Shown here one piece after another: positions 1-7,999 of a stretch of DNA of 64,000 bases. The notes under the pieces are model-generated. The model was not told the DNA's origin, did no database searches, and saw nothing but the letters and a program-made list of their open reading frames with translations. The first letter of the stretch is position 1. Each line of letters begins with the position of its first letter. The position numbers and the translations under genes are program-made. The DNA is from Dehalococcoidia bacterium (GTDB taxonomy: Bacteria; Chloroflexota; Dehalococcoidia; Lucifugimonadales; UBA3495), in contig DAOUIZ010000051.1 in assembly GCA_034423195.1 (NCBI GenBank), positions 56,174 to 120,173 of the forward strand. The letters are read 5' to 3'.

Positions 1-2723
1 GGGAGGTCCTCACCGACCGCATCGGCTTCTGGGTGGACATGGACGACCCCTACGTCACCCTGGAAAACGACTACATTGAAAGCGGCTGGTGGATCATCAA
101 GCAGCTTTGGGACAAGGGGCTCGTCTATCAGGGCCTGCGCGGCACTCCCCACTGCCCCCGCTGCGAGACCAGCCTCAGTTCCCACGAGGTCGCCCTTGGC
201 TACAAGGACGACACCCCCGATCCCTCTGTCTTCCCCAAGTTCCGGGTCAACACCTGGATTGACGGCTCCACCCTTGAAATCCCAACCTGTCTCCTTGCCT
301 GGACCACCACACCCTGGACCCTCCCCGGCAACACGGCTCTCGCCGTCGACGCCTCCGCCGAATACTCCGTCGTCGAGATGGAAGGCCCCAATGGGCCGGA
401 ACGCCTCGTTGTCGCCTCCGCCCTGGTCGAAAAGGCCATTCAGGGAGAGTACACCGTCGTCGCCACCGTCTCCGGCCACGACCTCGTCGGACTCACCTAC
501 CAACCCCTCTACGACCCCTTCCAGTACGGGGCCGATGTCCGCCATTTCGTCGAACAGGTCGGCGAGGACGGCGGCGCCGTCACCGTCCTCGAACCCTCCG
601 ATGGCTTCCAGCCCCGGGTTGTTGACGCCGACTTCGTTTCAATGGAGGACGGCACCGGCATCGTCCACATCGCCCCCGCCTTTGGCGACGAGGACCTGAA
701 CCTGGGCCGCAACCGCCTCCTCTCCTTCGTCCAGGAAGTCGACCTGCGCGGTGTCGTAACCGGCGATTACCCCTTCGCCGGCAAGTTCGTCAAGGACGCC
801 GACCCTCTCATCATGGCGGACCTGGAGGAACGCGGCCTCCTACACCACAAGGGGACCTACCGACACACCTACCCCTTCTGCTGGCGCTGCGACACCCCCC
901 TCCTCTACTACGCCAAGTCCTCCTGGTATATCCGCACCACCGCCGTCAAGGACCGCCTCGTCAGCGGCAACGACGCCATCAACTGGTATCCCGGATACAT
1001 CAAGGACGGCCGCTTCGGTGAATGGCTCCGCAACAACATCGACTGGGCCATCTCCCGCGAGCGTTACTGGGGCACCCCCATACCCATCTGGGAATGTCCC
1101 GATTGCCGCCGTCAGACCTGCGTCGGCAGCGTCGCTGAACTCGGAAAACACGCCTCCGCCGGTAGCCAGTCATCCGTGACCGGCCTCGACCTCCACCGGC
1201 CATTCGTGGATGACATAACCCTGGACTGCCCGGCCGAAGGGTGTCCCGGCATCATGCGCCGCATCCCCGAGGTAATGGACGCTTGGTTCGACTCGGGAGC
1301 CATGCCCTACGCTCAGTGGCACTACCCCTTCGACGACCCGTCCATGGACGACGACGGCCGCTTCCCCGCCGACTACATCTGCGAGGCCGTCGACCAGACC
1401 CGCGGCTGGTTCTACTCTCTCCACGCCCTCGGCACCCTCCTCAAGGACCAGCCTGCGTACGACAACGTCATCTGCCTCGGCCTCATCCTCGACGACCGGG
1501 GCCGCAAGATGAGCAAGCGCATCGGAAACGTCGTTGACCCCAACACGGTCCTTGACGCCACCGGCGCGGACGCCCTCCGCTGGTATCTCTTCACCGCCTC
1601 TCACCCCGGCGAACCCCGCCGCTTCTCCGACCGGCTCGTCAACGAGACCCTCCGCCGCGTCCTCCTCACCCTGTGGAACGTCTACTCCTTCTTCACCAAC
1701 TACGCCAACATCGACGGCTTCACCCCCGGCCAAATCCCGGCGGACTGGAAGCCCGAGAACGAGCTGGACCGCTGGATTCTTTCCGAGCTTAACCTCCTCA
1801 TCACCCAGGTCGACGACCACCTGGAAAACTACAGCCCCACCGACGCCGGCCGCCGCATCCAGGAGTTCATCGACGGCCTGTCCAACTGGTACGTCCGCCG
1901 CAGCCGCCGCCGCTTCTGGCGCAGCGAAAACGACGGGGACAAGCTCTCCGCCCACGCCACCCTCTACCAGTGCCTCGTCACCGTTGCCAAGCTCATGGCT
2001 CCTCTCGCGCCCTTCATGGCCGACGAGATCTACCAGAACCTGGTTCGGACTAACGACCCGGACGCCCCCGCCAGCGTTCACCTGGCCGCCTTCCCCGTCG
2101 CCGACGATTCCCTGGTGGATGGCCGCCTCATGGATGCCACCCGCCTGGCCATGCGCGTCTCCAGCATGGGACGCGCCGCCCGCTCCCGCGCCGGTCTCAA
2201 GGTACGCCAGCCCCTGCCCGCCATCGTCGTCAAGCCCCGCCTCGAAGAGGAGGAGCAGTACCTGGAATGGGTCGAGTCCCAGGTCCTTGAGGAACTAAAT
2301 GTCAAGGCCCTTCACGGCGTCTCCCACCGGCCCGGCCTTTTCGACGAAGCCCGCGCCGCTGCCGGGGAAAACACCGACGCCATCCTGTCCATCGGCGGCT
2401 ACTCCGTCAACCTGGAAGCCGGATACATGGTCGCCCTCGACGCCACGGTAACCCCGGAGCTTGCCCAGGAAGGGCTTGCCCGCGAGGTCGCCCACCGTAT
2501 CCAGAACCTCCGCAAGAGCGCCGGGTTCGACATCACCGACCGCATCGTCACCTACTACGAAGGGCCGGATGAGCTGGCCGCCGTCATGCAGGCCCACGGC
2601 CAGTACATCGGCGGAGAGACCCTGAGCGACGACCTTTCCCAGTCTCAACCCCCCGAAGATGCCCACTCCGAGACGCAGAAAATCGAGGGGATGGAAGTAA
2701 CCCTCGCCGTCCGCCGCGTCTAG
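1..2723 (+). CDS. ileS: isoleucine--tRNA ligase, 5' end cut by window edge
   Basis: Frame is open from base 3 (EVLTDRIGFWVDMDDPY). KMSKS loop present as GRKMSKRIGN. IleRS-typical WTTTPWTLPGN and WAISRERYWGTPIPIW. Stop at 2721-2723. Confidence 0.95.
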   Translation, partial: EVLTDRIGFWVDMDDPYVTLENDYIESGWWIIKQLWDKGLVYQGLRGTPHCPRCETSLSSHEVALGYKDDTPDPSVFPKFRVNTWIDGSTLEIPTCLLAWTTTPWTLPGNTALAVDASAEYSVVEMEGPNGPERLVVASALVEKAIQGEYTVVATVSGHDLVGLTYQPLYDPFQYGADVRHFVEQVGEDGGAVTVLEPSDGFQPRVVDADFVSMEDGTGIVHIAPAFGDEDLNLGRNRLLSFVQEVDLRGVVTGDYPFAGKFVKDADPLIMADLEERGLLHHKGTYRHTYPFCWRCDTPLLYYAKSSWYIRTTAVKDRLVSGNDAINWYPGYIKDGRFGEWLRNNIDWAISRERYWGTPIPIWECPDCRRQTCVGSVAELGKHASAGSQSSVTGLDLHRPFVDDITLDCPAEGCPGIMRRIPEVMDAWFDSGAMPYAQWHYPFDDPSMDDDGRFPADYICEAVDQTRGWFYSLHALGTLLKDQPAYDNVICLGLILDDRGRKMSKRIGNVVDPNTVLDATGADALRWYLFTASHPGEPRRFSDRLVNETLRRVLLTLWNVYSFFTNYANIDGFTPGQIPADWKPENELDRWILSELNLLITQVDDHLENYSPTDAGRRIQEFIDGLSNWYVRRSRRRFWRSENDGDKLSAHATLYQCLVTVAKLMAPLAPFMADEIYQNLVRTNDPDAPASVHLAAFPVADDSLVDGRLMDATRLAMRVSSMGRAARSRAGLKVRQPLPAIVVKPRLEEEEQYLEWVESQVLEELNVKALHGVSHRPGLFDEARAAAGENTDAILSIGGYSVNLEAGYMVALDATVTPELAQEGLAREVAHRIQNLRKSAGFDITDRIVTYYEGPDELAAVMQAHGQYIGGETLSDDLSQSQPPEDAHSETQKIEGMEVTLAVRRV

Positions 2724-2729
2724 CCGCTC

Positions 2730-3548
2730 ATGCCCGAGCTCCCCGAGGTCGAAAACACCCGGCGCTACCTGGCCGAAATCGGCCTTCCCGGCAAGACCAT
2801 CGCCCTCGCCACCATCGGCTGGGCCAACAGCGTCAGGAGCCCGTCCCTGGAGGATTTCGTTCTCGACCTGCCCGGAGGGACGGTCCAGGCAGTCAATCGC
2901 CGCGGCAAGTACCTTCTGGCCCCTTTGGACACCGGCCAGACCTGGGTCCTCCACCTCGGCATGACCGGCGGCCTCCGCATCCACCCCAGGCACCAGCCCT
3001 CTCCTTCCATGGTCCGCCACACCGTTGACTTCACCGACGGCACCCAGCTCCGCTTCATCGACCCCCGCAAGTTCGGACACCTCTGGCTCGTCGACGATCC
3101 CACCCAGGCCACCGGAAAAATGGGGCCGGAACCTCTGTCCGAAGACTTCAACGACGCTGTCCTTGCCGCCATCCTCTCCAACCGCACGGCCCCCATCAAG
3201 GCCCTTCTCCTGGAGCAGCACATCATTGCCGGGCTCGGCAACCTCTACGCCGACGACGCCCTCTACCGCGCCGGCATACACCCGGAGCGCCCTGCCTCCA
3301 GTCTCTCCCCGGATGAAATATCCCGCCTCCGGGATTCCATCGTACAAGCCCTGGAACACTCCCTGTCCCAGTATGACCAGGGCCGCCGCGACCACTGGCC
3401 CGACCCTCCCTTCGGCCTCTCTCCCTGGCTCATTCCCCGCTCACCGGATGCCCCCTGCGTCCGCTGCGGGAACGGGACAATGGAACAAACCAAGGTCCGC
3501 GCCCGCACCACCTTTTACTGTCCTATCTGCCAACCGCCCCCGCCCTAA
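2730..3548 (+). CDS. mutM: formamidopyrimidine-DNA glycosylase
   Basis: N-terminal MPELPEVE catalytic motif. C-terminal zinc finger CVRCG...CPICQ. 272 aa, typical Fpg length. Lies 6 nt after ileS. Confidence 0.93.
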   Translation: MPELPEVENTRRYLAEIGLPGKTIALATIGWANSVRSPSLEDFVLDLPGGTVQAVNRRGKYLLAPLDTGQTWVLHLGMTGGLRIHPRHQPSPSMVRHTVDFTDGTQLRFIDPRKFGHLWLVDDPTQATGKMGPEPLSEDFNDAVLAAILSNRTAPIKALLLEQHIIAGLGNLYADDALYRAGIHPERPASSLSPDEISRLRDSIVQALEHSLSQYDQGRRDHWPDPPFGLSPWLIPRSPDAPCVRCGNGTMEQTKVRARTTFYCPICQPPPP

Positions 3549-3730
3549 TACCTTCTTTCCCCGCGCCGATGGCCTGCCCTTCCCTCAACCGTCGTTTCCT
3601 GACAGTTGGCGGTTGACAGCCCCGCTGCCACAACACTAACGTTGGTAGAGCAAGCTATTCCGTCACCTCCTTGCTGGGGTTGCGTTTTGAATTTCGCTGG
3701 ACGTCCTTGTTCACTACAAACAAGCCCGGA

Positions 3731-3912
3731 ACGTTCAACAAAGGGAATGTCCCTCTGCCCACGTTCAAACATCGCAAAAATGTCCCGAAATGTCTCAGAG
3801 TGTCTCAACCACGCCCCGGTCGTGTCCCGGAAACGGCGCAAGCGGAGCCCAATTTGGCGCGAATGTCCCGTGGATTCAAGGAGTTTTGAGCACGAAAGCG
3901 CCAAAATGTCCC
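3731..3912 (+). promoter_or_regulatory. array of seven same-strand AATGTC[CT]C sites, helically phased
   Basis: TGTCCC or TGTCTC starts at 3748, 3781, 3791, 3801, 3823, 3864 and 3907. Spacings are 33, 10, 10, 22, 41 and 43 nt, close to multiples of 10-11. Two longer units ACGTTCAA-N-AATGTCCC at 3731-3753 and 3761-3786. Region is non-coding and about 50% GC. Confidence 0.5.
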
Positions 3913-3980
3913 ACAAGCAGAAAAACTGGGTTTCCTGTTGTTCTTGGCTGGTCTTGACACCCGCCCGGGCAGCCCGTTTA

Positions 3981-4009
3981 TTGACGTTGCCGCCACCACT
4001 GCGTACACT
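3981..4009 (+). promoter_or_regulatory. sigma70-like promoter for the fusion gene
   Basis: TTGACG (3981-3986), 17-nt spacer, TACACT (4004-4009). Implies a 5' UTR of about 160 nt before the ATG at 4176. Confidence 0.45.
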
Positions 4010-4175
4010 GGACAAGGCTGGATTTGGCCGCCTCCGCGCCGTTGGTGACGACTGAGCGGCCTTTCTTGTGCCTGCGACCACCCGGAAGCCTCGCGTTTCC
4101 GGTCCCGTCGGACGGTGTCTACCCGTCCCCCTTATCCGCATTACCCTCATGTACTCTTGCAAGAAGGTGAAAATC

Positions 4176-6245
4176 ATGGCGGGCTACCAGAAACATGAAG
4201 CGCAGGATTGGGCTTGGGAAAACCTGCGCGGGCAGTGGAGCACCCTCGTCACCCCTTTCACGCCCGACAAGTCCTTTGACGAAGACGGAATGCGCCGGAA
4301 CATCCGCCACATCCAGTCCCTCGGCACCCGCGGCGCCGGCTGCACCTGGGCCATGGGCGAGTTCTGGAGCCTCACCTTTGACGAGCGCAAGCATGTCATG
4401 TCCACCGTCGCCGATGAGTCCATCGGAAGGTGGCTGTCCGGCGCCCACGTCACCCACACCTCCACCCGCGAAATGCTGGCCCTCGCCGAACACGCCGAGC
4501 AGGTTGGAATCGACCTTCTCATGGTGGCCCCGCCCTACATGGTCGCCAAGACCGAGGACCAGGTCTTCGAGTACGTGAAACTGCTGGCCGACCACACGAA
4601 CCTGGCCATCATGTTCTACAACTCCCCCCAGTTCGGCTTCATCATGAGTCCCCAGGGACTGAACCGCCTCTGCCAGATTCCCAACGTTGTCGGCGTCAAG
4701 GAAGCCAGCTTCAACCAGCAGACCTCCATCGAGACCCACCTCCTGGTCGGCAAGAGGGCCATCATCAGCACCCCCGACGAGTGGATCTTCCCCAAGGCCC
4801 AGGAACTCGGCTTCCACCAGCAGGTCATGTTTGCCAACACCTCCGACTGGCGCTTCGACACCTCCGACGCCAACTACTACGTCCAGTTCATCGACCGCGC
4901 CACCAGCGGCGACCTCGACCTCGACTTCTACAACGCCCACCTCAAGGACCTCAAGGCCCTTTCCGACAAGTGGTGGGGCGGCACCGTCAAGAAGTACAAC
5001 GGCGTAATCCCCACCACCATGTGCAAGTATTGGGGCGAGCTTATGGGAATGGCCGGCGGCGGCGTCCGCCATCCCCTCATCGACATGACCGCCGACGAAA
5101 AGGCCGAGCTCAAGAGCGAGTTGACCCCGCTTATTCCTCAGCCGGAACCCGCACGGGTTCCCGCCCGCGCCCGGTCTCATGCCTCTTGGCTCAACGAGAA
5201 GAGCCAGCGCGAAGTCGACTTCTCCGGCATGATGCTCCTCGTCAGTGTCCAGAACATGGAGGAAGCCCTCGAAGCCGACCGCGGCGGCGCCGACATCATC
5301 GACGTCAAGAACCTCCAGGAAGCCCTCGTCGGCTCCGGCCACCCCGACCTGGTTGAAGCCGTCCGCGAGCGCATTCCCGAGGAAAAGCACGTCAGCGTCA
5401 CCCTCGGCGTCGTCCCCAACCAGGCTGGAACCGTCGCCATGGCTGTCCGCGCCGCCGGTATGCTCGACGCCACCTCCGTCAAGGTCGGATTCTGCGAGAC
5501 CGACTACGACTCGGCCCTGGAGGTCCTTCGCGAGTCCCGCCGCGCCCTCAAGGGATTTGACACCAAGCTCATCGGCTCTCTCTTCGCCGACAACCAACTC
5601 TTCGGCGGCCTCGAACCCCGCCAGATGGTCAAGCTTGCCCGCGAAAGCGAGTGCGACGGTTTCCTTATCGACACCCTGACCAAGGACGGCCGCAACCTCT
5701 TCGACTTCATCCCCGAGCCCGAACTCCGTGAGATGGTCATGGAAGCCAAGCAGTACGGCCTCAGCACCGCCCTATCCGGCCACCTCCGCCTCAGCGACCT
5801 TGACGAGCTCGCCCGGATTAACCCCGACATCGTCGGCGTCCGTGGCGCGGTCTGCCGCAGCGGCGAGCGGGAAGCCGCCGTCGCCGCCGAGGCCGTCGCC
5901 CACTTCAAGCACGAGCTCGACCTCCGCAAGACCGGCATCATCGACCCCCGCGCCAACGGCAACGGCCACAGCAACGGGATCGCCGCCGCACCCAACGGCT
6001 CCCACGCCGGGGGATGGGCCGTCGTCGACGGCCGGGGCAAGAACTGCGCCGGAGTCATCGCCGCTCTCACCCGCCAGATTGACAACGACGGCCACTCCTT
6101 CGTCGAAGCCATCCTCCACGACGCCCTGAACATCTACGACGTCCTCTACTGGGCCGAGCAGGCCGGCCACAAGCTCATCACCCAGCGCCGGGAGGATGGC
6201 GGCCTGGTCCGCGTCCTCATCCAACCCGGCGCCAACGGACGCTAA
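4176..6245 (+). CDS. tri-domain fusion: DapA/NAL-family class I aldolase + MfnB-like (DUF556) domain + TusA/SirA-like C-terminal domain
   Basis: ATG at 4176, 5 nt after RBS AAGAAGGTGA. N-terminal domain: AMGEFWSLTFDERK, MFYNSPQ and Schiff-base Lys context VVGVKEAS. Middle domain (from about 5229): LLVSVQNMEEALEADRGGADIIDVKN, KVGF, IDTLTKDGRNLFDF, ALSGH, DIVGVRGAVC. Tail (from about 6010): GKNCAGVIAAL. Confidence 0.8.
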   Translation: MAGYQKHEAQDWAWENLRGQWSTLVTPFTPDKSFDEDGMRRNIRHIQSLGTRGAGCTWAMGEFWSLTFDERKHVMSTVADESIGRWLSGAHVTHTSTREMLALAEHAEQVGIDLLMVAPPYMVAKTEDQVFEYVKLLADHTNLAIMFYNSPQFGFIMSPQGLNRLCQIPNVVGVKEASFNQQTSIETHLLVGKRAIISTPDEWIFPKAQELGFHQQVMFANTSDWRFDTSDANYYVQFIDRATSGDLDLDFYNAHLKDLKALSDKWWGGTVKKYNGVIPTTMCKYWGELMGMAGGGVRHPLIDMTADEKAELKSELTPLIPQPEPARVPARARSHASWLNEKSQREVDFSGMMLLVSVQNMEEALEADRGGADIIDVKNLQEALVGSGHPDLVEAVRERIPEEKHVSVTLGVVPNQAGTVAMAVRAAGMLDATSVKVGFCETDYDSALEVLRESRRALKGFDTKLIGSLFADNQLFGGLEPRQMVKLARESECDGFLIDTLTKDGRNLFDFIPEPELREMVMEAKQYGLSTALSGHLRLSDLDELARINPDIVGVRGAVCRSGEREAAVAAEAVAHFKHELDLRKTGIIDPRANGNGHSNGIAAAPNGSHAGGWAVVDGRGKNCAGVIAALTRQIDNDGHSFVEAILHDALNIYDVLYWAEQAGHKLITQRREDGGLVRVLIQPGANGR

Positions 6246-6277
6246 CCCCCGTCCGGCAACCAGGCGGAGCCTTCAAG

Positions 6278-6301
6278 CCCCCGGCCTTCCTTGGCCGGGG
6301 G
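6278..6301 (+). terminator. intrinsic terminator after the fusion gene
   Basis: Stem CCCCCGGCC, loop ttcctt, stem GGCCGGGGG, followed by TTATTG. Lies 33 nt after the stop codon. Confidence 0.6.
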
Positions 6302-6345
6302 TTATTGCAAGGTGCGTCCCCACAATCCCGGAGCATTCTCTATAC

Positions 6346-6373
6346 AAGGGGGTCTGGGGGACGAGTCCCCCAG
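6346..6373 (+). repeat. REP-like element, copy 1 (AAGGGGGTCTGGGGGACGAGTCCCCCAG)
   Basis: Same architecture as 10369-10397 and 10931-10960: a G5 run, T-Y-Y, then a GGGGGA/TCCCCC hairpin. Confidence 0.6.
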
Positions 6374-6400
6374 CGCAACCCCGTCCCTCCGCACTCCCCG

Positions 6401-6430
6401 TTGACCCTCTTTTCCACCCCACCCTATAAT
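6401..6430 (+). promoter_or_regulatory. sigma70-like promoter of the Mo-hydroxylase operon
   Basis: TTGACC (6401-6406), 18-nt spacer, perfect TATAAT (6425-6430). Lies 65 nt upstream of the ATG at 6495. Confidence 0.55.
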
Positions 6431-6494
6431 TGCGCCACTCTCCCCAGCCACCTACCCCCACTTCCCACCATGCGGGAAGGAAGGCAGAGGCAAT

Positions 6495-7418
6495 ATGCCC
6501 CGTTTCGAATACCTCGAACCCCAGACTCTCGAAGAAGCCCACTCCATGCTCCAGGAACACGGCAGCCGCGCCCGCATCGTCGCCGGCTGCACCGACTTCC
6601 TAGTCCGCTGGCGCACCGGCTTCTGGACCCCCGAGTTCGTGGTCAACCTCCTGCACATCCCCGGCCTGAACATGATTCGCTTCGATCCCACCGATGGACT
6701 GCGGATCGGCGCCCTCGTCACCATCCAGGACTTGGAGGACCACCCCGCCGTCCGTGAGCATTACCCAGCCCTCGCCACCGGCGCCACCTCCTTCGCCGGA
6801 GTCCAGGTCCGCAACCTGGCCACCGTCGGCGGCAACGTCTGCAACGCATCCCCCGCCGGGGATACCCTTCCCGCCCTCTTGGCTTTGGATACCCAATGCC
6901 GCATCAACGGCCCCGCCGGTGAGCGTTGGCTTCCCCTGGATGAACTATTCGCCGGCCCCGGCCGCACCAACCTGCAACCCGCTGAGATCCTGACGGAATT
7001 CCACCTGCCCGCGCCGCCGCCCAACAGCGGCTCCCTCTACATCAAGCACAGCCCCCGCGGCGCGATGGATATCTCCGCCGTAGGAGTCGCCTCTTGGGTA
7101 TCCCTGGAATCTCCCGGCGGTCCCTGCGTTGATGCCAGGATCGCCCTCGGCGCCGTTGCCCCCACCGTGATCCGCGTCCCATCCGCCGAAGCCGTGCTTC
7201 AGGGACAGACTCTCACCTCCGAAATCATCAACGCCGCTGCCGAGGAAGCCCAGCGCGTCGCCACGCCCATCGACGATGTTCGCGCCACCGGAAACTACCG
7301 CAGGTCCATCGTCGCCGTCCTTACCCGCCGCACTCTCCAGCACGCGGCAGCCATCGCCGGCGGCGCGGATACATCCTTCGCCGCCCAGCGCCGTCTCGCC
7401 ATTCAAACTGCTTTCTAA
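6495..7418 (+). CDS. xanthine dehydrogenase family, FAD-binding (medium) subunit
   Basis: CoxM/XdhB-like N-terminus FEYLEPQTLEEAHSMLQEHGSRARIVAGCTDF. ATVGGNVCNASPAGD motif. 307 aa. Confidence 0.9.
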   Translation: MPRFEYLEPQTLEEAHSMLQEHGSRARIVAGCTDFLVRWRTGFWTPEFVVNLLHIPGLNMIRFDPTDGLRIGALVTIQDLEDHPAVREHYPALATGATSFAGVQVRNLATVGGNVCNASPAGDTLPALLALDTQCRINGPAGERWLPLDELFAGPGRTNLQPAEILTEFHLPAPPPNSGSLYIKHSPRGAMDISAVGVASWVSLESPGGPCVDARIALGAVAPTVIRVPSAEAVLQGQTLTSEIINAAAEEAQRVATPIDDVRATGNYRRSIVAVLTRRTLQHAAAIAGGADTSFAAQRRLAIQTAF

Positions 7419-7477
7419 ACTACTCCCACTGACCCACTCCCACCGTTCCTGCCCTCGCGTGGCATAAGGAGACCGGA

Positions 7478-7951
7478 ATGAAGAAGCCCCTTCAGTTGAC
7501 CGTCAACGGAGAACTCCGCCAGATCTTCGTCGAAACTTACTATTCCCTCCTCGACACCCTCCGCGATGAGCTGCATCTCACCGGCGTCAAGAAGGGATGC
7601 GACGAAGGGGACTGCGGGGCCTGCACCGTATTCCTCAACGGCAAGCCCGTGACCTCCTGCATGGTTCTCGCCCACAACGCCCACGACTCCAGCGTCACCA
7701 CCATCGAGGGCCTGGGCTCGGTGGATTCCCTCCACCCCGTCCAGCAGGCCTTCGTCGACTACGGCGGCCTCCAGTGCGGCTTCTGCATCCCCGGCCTCAT
7801 AATGTCAGGAGCGGCCCTCCTGGACCGCAACCCCGATCCCACCGAAGAGGAAGTCCGCATCGCCATCGGAGGCAACCTCTGCCGCTGCACCGGATACTCC
7901 AAGGTGGTCCAGGCGATCCTCGCCGCCGCCGAAACCGCCCGTTCCCGCTGA
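7478..7951 (+). CDS. xanthine dehydrogenase family, (2Fe-2S) small subunit
   Basis: Plant-type cluster CDEGDCGACTV and second cluster QCGFCIPG...CRCTGY. RBS AAGGAG upstream. 157 aa. Confidence 0.92.
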   Translation: MKKPLQLTVNGELRQIFVETYYSLLDTLRDELHLTGVKKGCDEGDCGACTVFLNGKPVTSCMVLAHNAHDSSVTTIEGLGSVDSLHPVQQAFVDYGGLQCGFCIPGLIMSGAALLDRNPDPTEEEVRIAIGGNLCRCTGYSKVVQAILAAAETARSR

Positions 7952-7999
7952 CCCGAAACCCGGCGTCATCCCCAACCCTACCCGCCAAAGGAGACCGCG

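Noticed and set aside
3606-4055. ORFs inside the 3.5-4.2 kb spacer (3606-4055 +, 3671-3889 +, 3545-4177 -, 3805-4008 -) as real genes.
   Set aside because: There is no RBS and no recognisable domain. They overlap one another in several frames, and their sequences are dominated by the repeated AATGTCCC units.
3549-4175. Replication origin (oriC) or plasmid iterons in the repeat-rich spacer.
   Set aside because: There are no consensus DnaA boxes (TTATCCACA). The nearest match is TGTCCCACA, with three mismatches. There is no adjacent dnaA, dnaN or rep gene and no AT-rich unwinding element. A similar array occurs at a second locus.
4119-5597. Long antisense or off-frame ORFs throughout the track. 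Examples: 4119-5597(-), 8180-9139(-), 14487-15683(-), 16140-17531(-), 23941-25404(-), 31334-32941(+), 54148-55860(-), 57335-58396(-), 61580-62824(+).
   Set aside because: They overlap genes that have clear family motifs. Their translations are Arg/Pro/Gly/Ala-rich with low complexity. Long stop-free shadow frames are expected in DNA with 65-70% GC.
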